A stretch of DNA of 32,000 bases, from assembly GCA_964401865.1 (NCBI GenBank), contig CAYNZZ010000011.1:8771-40770 (forward strand), read 5' to 3'. Every line of letters starts with the position of its first letter. Positions within the stretch are counted from its first letter, which is position 1. The notes under the pieces were generated by a model, which worked only from the letters and a program-made list of their open reading frames with translations, ran no database searches and had not been told where the DNA came from. The translations under genes were made by a program, and so were the position numbers. The stretch is from an uncultured Erysipelotrichaceae bacterium (GTDB lineage: Bacteria; Bacillota_I; Bacilli_A; Erysipelotrichales; Erysipelotrichaceae). Of the stretch, positions 1 through 8,515 are shown in pieces.

Positions 1-416
1 TTGGAAAAGATTTTGCGAAAAATGTTTTAAGACATATAAAATCTAAATTAATTGAATGCCAAAACAAGTATCAAGATTTATTTGAATTGTTGTCGATAGC
101 AGACAAAAAAGTAGCTTGTCGGTTTGCGAATAATGACAGCGAAAAATATGATGGCATCATCACTGCTCTGAGTGATGATAAACTAATATATACCGATTCA
201 TATAATTATTCATCAGTATATCAATTAGATTTATTTGAAGCTTTAGATATTGAAGATGGATTATGGAAGTATACATCAGACAGTTGTTTTGGCATCAATA
301 TAAATGAAATAGTAAATGACTACAGTGCTATTTCGTTATTGGTTAAGAAAATAGTTGATAATTATCATCTTCCTTATTTCAAGATTTCACTCTCGATGCA
401 CAAAGATAGTGAATGA
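1..416 (+). CDS. 3' end (partial, runs off the window start) of an anaerobic ribonucleotide reductase (NrdD)-like protein that stops before the Zn-ribbon and glycyl-radical segment
   Basis: Frame 3 is open from nt 3 to TGA 414-416; the track ORF 87-416 is only its TTG-initiated tail. The translation ...FELLSIADKKVACRFANNDSEKYDG...IYTDSYNYS...PYFKIS resembles the NrdD region '..TPAES..RF..LD.EKFG...YYTNSFH...GG..H...Y.GTN' recalled from E. coli and Lactococcus NrdD. No CxxC pair or RVCGY motif follows. Confidence 0.45.
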   Translation, partial: GKDFAKNVLRHIKSKLIECQNKYQDLFELLSIADKKVACRFANNDSEKYDGIITALSDDKLIYTDSYNYSSVYQLDLFEALDIEDGLWKYTSDSCFGININEIVNDYSAISLLVKKIVDNYHLPYFKISLSMHKDSE

Positions 417-468
417 ATGAAATGTTATAAGTTGTGATAAAATACCAGAAGATAAAGGAGGTCTATAC

Positions 469-1089
469 ATGGTAACAATATTGAATCATCCTCTAATTAC
501 TCACAAGTTGACACAGATGCGTAAGGCTGATACTAAAACCAAAGATTTTAAACAGAATTTAGATGAAATTGCTGGATTAATGGCTTATGAAGTGTGTCGG
601 GATATACCTTTAAAACCCACCGTCGTTCAAACGCCGGTGGCTGAATGCCATACTTATGAACTGCAAAATGAAATCGTTTTAATCCCGATATTAAGGGCAG
701 GGCTTGGTTTAGTCAATGGTATCAATAATCTTATTCCAACCGCAAAGGTGGGCTTCATCGGTTTATATCGTGATGAAGAAACATTAAAACCACACGAGTA
801 TTTTGCGAAGTTTCCAAGTAACTTAGGCGAAGCAATAAACTTAGTTTTAGATCCGATGCTTGCTACCGGTGGCAGTGCTATCGCTGCTATTGATATGATT
901 AAAAAAAGAGGCGCTAAAAATATAAAGTTAGTTTGTCTAGTCGGTGCTCCCGAAGGAGTAAAGGCGATAGAGGAAGCTCATCCGGATGTTGATGTGTATT
1001 TAGCTGCCCTTGATGATCATCTAAATGAAAAAGGTTATATTGTTCCTGGTTTAGGTGATGCAGGAGATAGAATTTTTGGTACAAAATAG
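469..1089 (+). CDS. upp: uracil phosphoribosyltransferase
   Basis: 206 aa. Motifs 'ILRAGLG', PRPP loop '[11 protein letters not shown]' and C-terminal '[16 protein letters not shown]'. SD GGAGG at 457-461, 7 nt before the ATG. Confidence 0.95.
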   Translation: MVTILNHPLITHKLTQMRKADTKTKDFKQNLDEIAGLMAYEVCRDIPLKPTVVQTPVAECHTYELQNEIVLIPILRAGLGLVNGINNLIPTAKVGFIGLYRDEETLKPHEYFAKFPSNLGEAINLVLDPMLATGGSAIAAIDMIKKRGAKNIKLVCLVGAPEGVKAIEEAHPDVDVYLAALDDHLNEKGYIVPGLGDAGDRIFGTK

Positions 1090-1102
1090 AAAGGATGATA
1101 AT

Positions 1103-2671
1103 ATGCAAAAACCTGTTGTATTAGTTGTGATGGATGGTGTAGGTATCAGTTCAAATGTTGAAGGTAATGCCGTTAAGAATGCTTATACGCCAACTCTTGA
1201 TTATTTATTGAAAAACTGTCCTAATATCACTATTAAGGCTCATGGAACTGCAGTTGGTTTACCAAGTGATAGCGATATGGGCAATAGTGAAGTTGGACAC
1301 AATGCTATTGGTTGTGGTCAGATTTATTCACAAGGAGCTAAATTGGTTAATGAGTCAATCGAAACTGGCGCCATTTATCGAAGCAACACTTGGAAAAAGA
1401 TAATCGAAAACGCCAAAGGACATACTTTACATTTTTTAGGTTTATTATCTGATGGCAATGTTCACTCTCATATCAATCATTTAAAATCAATGATTAAAGA
1501 AGCTAAAGAAGAGGGTATCAAGACCGTCAGAATTCACGCTTTAATGGATGGAAGAGATGTCCCTGAAACATCAGGACTCACTTATATTGATGAAATCGAA
1601 AGTTTTATGAATGAACTTAATGATGATGATTTTGACGCCAAGATTGCATCTGGTGGCGGAAGAATGTACATCACAATGGATAGATACGAATCAAATTGGG
1701 ATATGGTTAAAAGAGGTTGGGACACTCATGTTCGTGGTTTGGGCAGAAAATTTAATAGTGCAACCGAGGCTATCGAAACATATCGCAAAGAATTGGGTGT
1801 TAATGATCAAGATTTACACGAATTTGTCATCGTCGATGAAAATGATAAACCAATAGGAAAGATAAAAGACCATGATTCGGTCATTTTGTTCAATTTTAGA
1901 GGTGATAGAGCGATAGAAATTTCTAAGTCTTTTGATAATGATGAATTTACATATTTTGATCGCGAAGAAAGACCGGATGTAATGTTTGCTGGCATGCTGG
2001 AATATGATGGAGATTTACATATTCCAAGTAATTATTTGGTTAATCCTCCATCTATCAAAGAGACGATGTCTGAATATTTTGTTAAGAATAATATTAAGAC
2101 TTATGCTATATCAGAAACTCAAAAGTTTGGTCATGTAACTTATTTCTGGAATGGTAATCGTTCAGAGAAATTCTCTGATGCTTTAGAGACTTGGGTCGAG
2201 ATTAAGAGTGATGTTGTTCCGTTTGAGCAAAGACCTTGGATGAAATCGGCTGAGATAACTGATGTTTTGGTTGAAGCAATACTTAAAAATGAGAATACAT
2301 TCTACCGCATCAACTATCCAAATGGCGATATGGTTGGCCATACGGGCAATTATGAAGCAACTATTATTGGCGTGGAAGCTGTTGACTTATGCTTAAAGAG
2401 AATTATGAAAGCCTGCGATGAGGTTGGAGCTACTCTTTTGATTACCGCTGACCATGGCAATGCCGATGAAATGTATGAAAAGCGTAAAAAAGAAACCGAT
2501 CCAATTAAACCTAAGACTTCGCATACTTTGAACAGAGTTCCGTTTATTGTTTATAATCGTGATGTGAAATTTAAAGATGGCGATTTTGGTTTAAGCAATA
2601 TTGCAGCAACGGTATTTGAATTATTGGATTTAGATATTCCTGAATCTTGGAATGAAAGTATGATTGATTAA
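1103..2671 (+). CDS. gpmI: 2,3-bisphosphoglycerate-independent phosphoglycerate mutase (long, plant-like subtype)
   Basis: Motifs 'VVMDGVG', 'MGNSEVGHNAIG', 'GGRMYITMDRYESNWD', 'NGDMVGHTG' and 'ITADHGNADEM'. The likely start is ATG 1103 (SD AAGGA at 1091-1095, 7 nt spacing). The track start at 1055 lies inside upp. Confidence 0.93.
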   Translation: MQKPVVLVVMDGVGISSNVEGNAVKNAYTPTLDYLLKNCPNITIKAHGTAVGLPSDSDMGNSEVGHNAIGCGQIYSQGAKLVNESIETGAIYRSNTWKKIIENAKGHTLHFLGLLSDGNVHSHINHLKSMIKEAKEEGIKTVRIHALMDGRDVPETSGLTYIDEIESFMNELNDDDFDAKIASGGGRMYITMDRYESNWDMVKRGWDTHVRGLGRKFNSATEAIETYRKELGVNDQDLHEFVIVDENDKPIGKIKDHDSVILFNFRGDRAIEISKSFDNDEFTYFDREERPDVMFAGMLEYDGDLHIPSNYLVNPPSIKETMSEYFVKNNIKTYAISETQKFGHVTYFWNGNRSEKFSDALETWVEIKSDVVPFEQRPWMKSAEITDVLVEAILKNENTFYRINYPNGDMVGHTGNYEATIIGVEAVDLCLKRIMKACDEVGATLLITADHGNADEMYEKRKKETDPIKPKTSHTLNRVPFIVYNRDVKFKDGDFGLSNIAATVFELLDLDIPESWNESMID

Positions 2672-2697
2672 AAGAATGGGTAACCATTCTTTTAATA
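2671..2697 (+). terminator. rho-independent terminator after gpmI
   Basis: AAAGAATGG (2671-2679), loop GTAA, CCATTCTTT (2684-2692), running into TTTTAAT. Confidence 0.6.
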
Positions 2698-2721
2698 TGC
2701 AAAAATAGAATGTGTTATAAT
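2692..2721 (+). promoter_or_regulatory. candidate promoter of the rapZ-led gene array (extended -10)
   Basis: TGtTATAAT at 2713-2721, with a weak TTAATA -35 about 18 nt upstream. It sits directly after the gpmI terminator and 19 nt before the rapZ ATG. Confidence 0.4.
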
Positions 2722-2739
2722 ACAAAAAAGGAGCTTTGG

Positions 2740-3594
2740 ATGAAAAAACGTTTAGTATTAATTAGTGGTGTATCAGGAGCAGGCAAGACGACTGCTTCAA
2801 ATTTTTTAGAAGATATGGGTTATATATGCATGGATCAATTTCCTCCAGAGCTTTTAGAAAATCTCGTAACATTAATGGAGAATGAAACAAGTTTAAAATA
2901 TGACCATATTGCAATTACAATTTCATTGCTTGACTTAGAAAAATATCGTCATATTCTCAACAACATGAATATTGATTCAACCTTGATTCTATTAGATGCC
3001 AGTGAAGAAACGATTATTAATCGCTATAAATTCACAAGACGAGTTCATCCACTTTTGGTATCTAATAAAGTAAACACACTAAATGAAGCCGTTGCTTACG
3101 AAAAAGAATTGTTGGAAGAATTTAAGAAATTAAATGCGACTATTATTGATACGACATCTTTAACTAATAAAGCTCATAAAGAAATACTGGATCGTATCAT
3201 AAATTATGATGAACGCTTGAATTTCTCTATTTCTTTTGTTTCGTTTGGTTTTAAGAATGGTATTCCTAGTGATGCTGATTTAGTGTTTGATGTTCGCTTT
3301 TTAGATAATCCTTTTTATGAAAAAGATCTTAAGAATAAAACCGGCAATGATTTGGAAGTTTATAACTATGTCATGGAAAAACCAAGAACCAAAGAATTCG
3401 TTCAGAGGCTATTATCTTATTTAGATTTTACATTTGATTCATATGACAATGAAGAAAAAAGACATTTGACCGTATGTGTTGGTTGTACCGGTGGACAACA
3501 CCGCTCGGTATCAATAACGAATTATTTATATGATCATTACAAAGATAAATATTTATGTAATAAGGCTCATCGTGAATTAAAGGAGTCAGTATGA
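2740..3594 (+). CDS. rapZ: RNase adapter / nucleotide-binding protein RapZ (YvcJ)
   Basis: Walker A 'GVSGAGKTT' near the N-terminus and C-terminal 'GCTGGQHRSV'. SD AAGGAG lies upstream of ATG 2740; the track start at 2710 has no SD. Confidence 0.92.
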   Translation: MKKRLVLISGVSGAGKTTASNFLEDMGYICMDQFPPELLENLVTLMENETSLKYDHIAITISLLDLEKYRHILNNMNIDSTLILLDASEETIINRYKFTRRVHPLLVSNKVNTLNEAVAYEKELLEEFKKLNATIIDTTSLTNKAHKEILDRIINYDERLNFSISFVSFGFKNGIPSDADLVFDVRFLDNPFYEKDLKNKTGNDLEVYNYVMEKPRTKEFVQRLLSYLDFTFDSYDNEEKRHLTVCVGCTGGQHRSVSITNYLYDHYKDKYLCNKAHRELKESV

Positions 3595-4523
3595 AAAATA
3601 TTGTAGTAATAGGTGGCGGACATGGACAATCAACTATCTTGAAGGGTTTGAAGATGATTGATGATGTCAATATTTCGACCATCGTAACTGTTGCTGATGA
3701 TGGCGGAAGTACAGGCAGATTACGTGCAATGTATAATATTCCTGCTATGGGTGATATCAGAAATGTTCTTGTGGCCTTATCGAATGATGAAAAATTGGCA
3801 TCTTTAATGGACTATCGTTTCGATGGAGAAGATGAAAAGGATGTTGGTGGTCATAATTTGGGTAATTTAATTTTGACTGCTTTGACTCAAATGCGTGGTT
3901 CTTTTGTAGAAGCGATTGAAGATGTGTCGAGTTTAATGAAAGTTAAAGGGGAGGTAGTACCTTCTTCTTTGGAATTTATTTCTTTATATGCAGTAATGGA
4001 TGATGACACAATAGTTAAGGGTGAAGCTAATATCCCTAATTTTAATCACCACATTAAAAAGGTTTTTTATGACCATGATGTAAAAGCATATGACAAAGCG
4101 GTAGAGAAGATTCTTGCTGCTGATTTAATTATTTATGGAATTGGCAGTGTATATACGAGCATTTTGCCCAATATTATTATCCCGGAAATCAAGGAGGCTT
4201 TAAAAAACACTAAAGCTAAAAAGGTTTACTTTGCCAACTGTATGACTCAAAATAATGAAACATTTGATTATAGTTTAAAAGATCATATTGATGCACTAGA
4301 ATCTCATGGTGCCATTATTGATTTAGTGGTTAAACATAAAGAAATAATACCTTTTTATATTAAATCACGATATCTCAAAGAAAACTCGGTTGAAGTTATA
4401 AATAAGGGTGTTGATAAAGAAGTGTTAGAATATGAATTACTAGATTTTTCTAGAGGTCTTGTTCGTCATGATAGCATAAAGATTAATAAGGTGGTTCAGG
4501 ATTTATTGGCGAGGTATATCTAA
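3591..4523 (+). CDS. yvcK: YvcK-type gluconeogenesis/morphogenesis factor (CofD-like, UPF0052)
   Basis: Motifs 'VIGGGHGQS' and 'VADDGGSTGRLR'. ATGA overlap with the rapZ stop. Conserved rapZ-yvcK-whiA order. Confidence 0.9.
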   Translation: MKNIVVIGGGHGQSTILKGLKMIDDVNISTIVTVADDGGSTGRLRAMYNIPAMGDIRNVLVALSNDEKLASLMDYRFDGEDEKDVGGHNLGNLILTALTQMRGSFVEAIEDVSSLMKVKGEVVPSSLEFISLYAVMDDDTIVKGEANIPNFNHHIKKVFYDHDVKAYDKAVEKILAADLIIYGIGSVYTSILPNIIIPEIKEALKNTKAKKVYFANCMTQNNETFDYSLKDHIDALESHGAIIDLVVKHKEIIPFYIKSRYLKENSVEVINKGVDKEVLEYELLDFSRGLVRHDSIKINKVVQDLLARYI

Positions 4524-5458
4524 TGTCGTTTTCTAAAGAAATAAAACAGGAAGTATCATATAACAGGTTGAAAGATTGCTGTGCTAAAGCCGAACTAAGT
4601 GCTTTGATTCAGCTTACTTCATCACTTAGTATTTCTAATCAGAAGCTTCAATTAGTGGTGAAAAGTGAAAACCCTACGACTGTTAAAAGAATAGCTACAT
4701 TATTAAAGGAGGTATATCCAGCAGAAACAATTTTAGAAACCCATCAGAAAACCAATTTAAAAAAGAATAATATTTATCATTTAATCATCTTGGATGATGC
4801 GATAAGGTTTTTGGAATTTCTAGGTTTATATTCCAGTAATGGTTTACTTAACTATCCTAAATTTTCAATTGTTGCGAAAAACTGCTGTGCGCGTGCATAT
4901 TTAGCCGGATCTTTTATTGCTTATGGTTCTTGTAATGCCCCTAATAATACTAATTATCATTTGGAAATAGCTTTAAATGAAGAAGCTCACGCTAATTTCA
5001 TCATTAAATTACTGGAACGTTTTAACATTGAAGCTAAAAAGTCAATGCGTCGTAGTAAACACATAGTTTATCTTAAGAAAGCTGATAGTATTTCGGATTT
5101 TTTGAGGTGTATAGGCGCTCATGAATCACTGATGAATTTTGAGAACATACGAATCAATAGAGATTTTAAGAACTCACTTGTTCGCTTGAATAATTGCGAA
5201 TTGGCTAACGATGTTCGGAGTATGGAAGCCAGTAGAAAACAGGTCGAGATGATGAAAAATATCATCGATAGCGGTACTTATGATGAGATGGATGAAAAAC
5301 TTAAGGAAATTATCGACATTAGAATGGCGTATCCTGATTATTCTTTGAATGAACTTTGCGATGAGTACCAGAAGGCTTATGGTCAGAGCATTTCTCGTTC
5401 AGGAATCAATCACCGCTTAAATAAGATAAAAGCAATTTATGGAGGAGTAAATAAATGA
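4523..5458 (+). CDS. whiA: sporulation/cell-division regulator WhiA (degenerate LAGLIDADG domain plus C-terminal HTH)
   Basis: 311 aa. N-terminus 'FSKEIKQEV...CCAKAELSALI' and C-terminal HTH region 'YSLNELCDEY...ISRSGINHRLNKI'. TAATG overlap with the yvcK stop. Confidence 0.9.
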   Translation: MSFSKEIKQEVSYNRLKDCCAKAELSALIQLTSSLSISNQKLQLVVKSENPTTVKRIATLLKEVYPAETILETHQKTNLKKNNIYHLIILDDAIRFLEFLGLYSSNGLLNYPKFSIVAKNCCARAYLAGSFIAYGSCNAPNNTNYHLEIALNEEAHANFIIKLLERFNIEAKKSMRRSKHIVYLKKADSISDFLRCIGAHESLMNFENIRINRDFKNSLVRLNNCELANDVRSMEASRKQVEMMKNIIDSGTYDEMDEKLKEIIDIRMAYPDYSLNELCDEYQKAYGQSISRSGINHRLNKIKAIYGGVNK

Positions 5459-5670
5459 AAAACTATTATGGAGTTTTATATTGGTTAGTAGCTTTTTTGG
5501 TTTTGTATTTGTTATGGCCGATTCTAAAATGGTTGTTATTGCTGGTGGTGATATTTATGATTTATATTTTCTTTAAGATTAGTAATAAAAAAGATAATGT
5601 TGTTGAAAACAAATCGAGTAACAATAAAGATATCATTGATGTAAAAGCCAAAGTTAAAGAAAAAGAATAG
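5455..5670 (+). CDS. small membrane protein (71 aa, two predicted TM helices plus a Lys/Asn-rich tail)
   Basis: ATGA overlap with the whiA stop. Strong SD GGAGGAG about 9 nt upstream. Hydrophobic stretches 'VLYWLVAFLVLYLLWPI' and 'WLLLLVVIFMIYIFF'. No family recognised. Confidence 0.6.
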   Translation: MKNYYGVLYWLVAFLVLYLLWPILKWLLLLVVIFMIYIFFKISNKKDNVVENKSSNNKDIIDVKAKVKEKE

Positions 5671-5674
5671 TTTT

Positions 5675-6592
5675 ATGATAAGATGCGTAAAAGATGAAGT
5701 TAGTAAAAATGAAATATTAGCGATGTGGCAAGAAAACTTCGCTTTTGATAACGGTTTTACTGACTTCTTTTTTGATGAATTATATAATATCGATGATGTA
5801 AAAAACTATGTGAATATTAAGGATAATATCATCGTGAGTAGTGCATCTGTTTATCATCATCCTTTCAAAATACACAATAGAAATGTGAGAGTGTCGATGA
5901 TTTTGGGGGTTAATACCAAAAAAGAATATCAAAATCATGGCTATATGAAAGAACTGATGGAAGCGATAATTGATGATTTGTCACATCAGGAACTGCTAAC
6001 TATGATTCAGGCTTATGACAATCAATTATATGAAAAGTTTGGTTTTAGAACCATCTATTATCAAAATAGATATGAATTAACCAAAGATGATATTGATAGT
6101 TACATATTTAAAGATATTAGAGAAGCTGTTGAAATTGAAGATTTATTGGTGGCATATGGAAGATTTGCATCTCATTTTCAAGGATATAAATTGCGCTTCA
6201 AAAAAGACTTTGAGTTAATAATTAAAAAGATAAAATATGAAAATTCTAAACTCATCGCTTACTATCATAACAATCAAATTGAAGCGTATTGTATTTATCA
6301 TAAATATGATGAACATATTGAAATAAAAGAAATTATTTATAAAGACCTCAAATCTTTTGTCTGTCTGTTATCTTATTTATTCGTTTATAGTGACAGGGTA
6401 ATAGTAACATTGTCGAGTGATGAAAATATTGAAAAGTATCTAAAGGTCAAAAGTAAGGAAACACTTCCATATACGATGGTTAGAATAAATGATATCAATC
6501 TTATTAATCAATTATTTAATTGTGATATAAAAAGAGTAGAAGAAGTATTTGAACTGAGTGATAAACCACTTTTTATGAAAGAGGGGTACTGA
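5675..6592 (+). CDS. GNAT-family acetyltransferase, short Eis-like (COG4552-like) architecture
   Basis: GNAT core 'VSMILGVNTKKEYQNHGYMKELMEAIIDDL...LYEKFGF' followed by about 170 aa of non-GNAT C-terminal region. Family assignment is by pattern memory only. Confidence 0.55.
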   Translation: MIRCVKDEVSKNEILAMWQENFAFDNGFTDFFFDELYNIDDVKNYVNIKDNIIVSSASVYHHPFKIHNRNVRVSMILGVNTKKEYQNHGYMKELMEAIIDDLSHQELLTMIQAYDNQLYEKFGFRTIYYQNRYELTKDDIDSYIFKDIREAVEIEDLLVAYGRFASHFQGYKLRFKKDFELIIKKIKYENSKLIAYYHNNQIEAYCIYHKYDEHIEIKEIIYKDLKSFVCLLSYLFVYSDRVIVTLSSDENIEKYLKVKSKETLPYTMVRINDINLINQLFNCDIKRVEEVFELSDKPLFMKEGY

Positions 6593-6593
6593 T

Positions 6594-7403
6594 ATGAAAG
6601 AAATTGTAGTAAATAGTTTTGAGCATCTGCAAAGTTTGGTTTTTGAAAATTGTTGGGAAGATAAAACACAAAGGTATAGAAATACTTTTGTTTATCGCGG
6701 AGTACCAGATGCAAGTTATGGAATGATTTCTAAGTTAAATCGTATTTGTAGTCATGATTTATCTTTAGAAGATTCTGTCATTCGTTCATTTAAGAAATAC
6801 GGCTATACCGATGTGAAAGACTGCAAATCATTTTGGCAAATATTAGCTATGGGTCAGCATTATGGATTGCCTACAAGATTGTTAGATTGGACATATTCGC
6901 CATTAGTGGCTGCTCATTTTGCGACCGAAGATATTTTCAAATATGACAGAGACGGTGCTATTTATTGTATGGATATGTTGGAATGCGAAAGTAATCTACC
7001 TCAGTGTTTAAGTGATGAATTAAAAGTTTCTAAGGCTCAAAGTTTCACAATGGCAATGATAGAAAGACATGCTTCGGATTTGCATGAATTAGAAGCGCTC
7101 AGTGATAAACCGTTCTTTATTTTTTATGAGCCAGCTTCTCAAAGTAATAGAATGTCAAATCAGTATGCTCTATTTTCTTTGACATCAAAAAAGGAATGTT
7201 CAATCGGTGATCTGATTGATAAAGAAAAGACCTCACTATATAAAATAATCATTCCAAAAGAAGTGAAACTAGAAATTAGAGATAAATTAGATTATATTAA
7301 TATATCTGAAAGACTTATTTATCCGGGATTAGATGGCATCTGCTCATGGATTACCAGAAGATATGCTGATTTAGGAAAATATTATAATCAAAAAAGAAGG
7401 TAA
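6594..7403 (+). CDS. FRG-domain protein (PF08867-like), function unknown
   Basis: Motifs 'VYRGV' (F/Y-R-G), 'GQHYGLPTRLLDWTYSPLVAAHFA', 'SNRMSNQYALFS' and 'LIYPGLDG'. SD GAGGGG at 6581-6586, 7 nt before the ATG. Starts 1 nt after the GNAT stop. Confidence 0.75.
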   Translation: MKEIVVNSFEHLQSLVFENCWEDKTQRYRNTFVYRGVPDASYGMISKLNRICSHDLSLEDSVIRSFKKYGYTDVKDCKSFWQILAMGQHYGLPTRLLDWTYSPLVAAHFATEDIFKYDRDGAIYCMDMLECESNLPQCLSDELKVSKAQSFTMAMIERHASDLHELEALSDKPFFIFYEPASQSNRMSNQYALFSLTSKKECSIGDLIDKEKTSLYKIIIPKEVKLEIRDKLDYINISERLIYPGLDGICSWITRRYADLGKYYNQKRR

Positions 7404-7408
7404 GAGAT

Positions 7409-8515
7409 ATGAAAGTTATTCTAGAACATGTAACTAAGAAATTTAAGAATCACGATAAGAAAAAAGATGATATCATAGCTGTCAATGATTTTACTTTTGA
7501 GATACCTGATGGAAAATTGGTTGGCTTGTTAGGACCATCTGGCTGCGGTAAGTCAACGACTTTAAATTTAATATGCGGTTTATTGACAGTTGATAGTGGC
7601 AAAATTTACTTTGGTGATAACGATGTTACATACTTAGCTCCTGAACACCGTGGAGTTGGTTTGGTATTCCAGAATTATGCTTTATATCCACATTTAAGTG
7701 TTAAAGATAATATTATTTTTCCGCTTGGCAATTTAAAAGGTAAAGAAAAGCTGAGTAAGGAACAAATGTATAAAAAAGCCTTAGAAGTGGCAAAACTAGT
7801 GCAGATCGAAGAATTGATGGATAGAAAACCTAATGAACTATCCGGTGGTCAGCAACAGCGTGTTGCCATCGCCCGTGCGCTGGTAAAGATGCCCAGTGTG
7901 TTATTGCTGGATGAACCTTTATCTAATTTAGACGCGAGGCTTAGACTTCAAACTAGGGAAGAAATTCGCCGTATCCAGCAAGAAACCAAAATCACGACTA
8001 TTTTTGTAACTCACGATCAAGATGAAGCAATGAGCATTTGTGATCATATTGTCGTGATGAAAAATGGTTTAATGATGCAGATGGGCAAACCGCAGGAAGT
8101 GTATGACAATCCTGAGAATTTGTTTGTGGCAAAGTTTTTGGGCAATCCACCGATTAATGTGTTTAAAGGCTTTATCAAAGACGAAAAGTTATTCGTTGGT
8201 AATGATGAAATTATGCATGTTAAAGGTATTGGTGATAGAGAAGTATATGTCGCAATTCGTCCCGAGGGTTTTGTGTGTGATGAAAATGGTAGATTAAATG
8301 GAAAATTCATAAGAGAAGAAGTTATGGGGCGTGATAAAAGTGTCATTTTTTCTCATTCAGGTAGTGAAACCGAAACCATTAGGGCTATCATTCCGTCAGA
8401 AAGTGTATTTTCGCTTAAAGACGGAATCGTAAAATTAAACATTAAACCTCACAAGATATTCTTATTTGACATCAATGATGAAACTCGTATTGAGGTAAGC
8501 GATGGAAAAGAATAA
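7409..8515 (+). CDS. sugar ABC transporter ATP-binding protein (MsmX/MalK/UgpC type with C-terminal regulatory domain)
   Basis: Walker A 'GPSGCGKST', signature 'LSGGQQQRVAIARAL', Walker B 'LLLDEPLSNLD' and H-loop 'VTHDQ'. 368 aa. Confidence 0.9.
   Translation: MKVILEHVTKKFKNHDKKKDDIIAVNDFTFEIPDGKLVGLLGPSGCGKSTTLNLICGLLTVDSGKIYFGDNDVTYLAPEHRGVGLVFQNYALYPHLSVKDNIIFPLGNLKGKEKLSKEQMYKKALEVAKLVQIEELMDRKPNELSGGQQQRVAIARALVKMPSVLLLDEPLSNLDARLRLQTREEIRRIQQETKITTIFVTHDQDEAMSICDHIVVMKNGLMMQMGKPQEVYDNPENLFVAKFLGNPPINVFKGFIKDEKLFVGNDEIMHVKGIGDREVYVAIRPEGFVCDENGRLNGKFIREEVMGRDKSVIFSHSGSETETIRAIIPSESVFSLKDGIVKLNIKPHKIFLFDINDETRIEVSDGKE

Noticed and set aside
1055-1102. N-terminal extensions in the ORF track: gpmI 1055, rapZ 2710, permease 9379, lipoprotein 11905 and zupT TTG 14267.
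   Set aside because: For four of the five, a downstream ATG has a proper SD at 6-9 nt and gives the conserved N-terminus. For zupT, ATG 14285 has no SD but aligns with the E. coli ZupT N-terminus. The extensions overlap upstream genes or lack an SD.
914-1108. - strand ORFs of 60-115 aa opposite upp, gpmI, rapZ/yvcK, the GNAT/FRG junction, the ABC ATPase, the SBP, the Cys-rich lipoprotein, glgP and pulA (914-1108, 1807-1995, 3428-3682, 6508-6714, 8044-8346, 11105-11314, 14073-14255, 17883-18230, 19346-19585).
   Set aside because: All lie antisense to motif-supported genes, except that the last 47 nt of 14073-14255 extend into the spacer upstream of zupT. They have an AT-rich random-ORF appearance.
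1611-1856. Alternate-frame + strand ORFs inside real genes. This one, plus 8103-8297, 13523-13756 and 30824-31042.
   Set aside because: They are out of frame with strongly supported CDSs and have no independent evidence.
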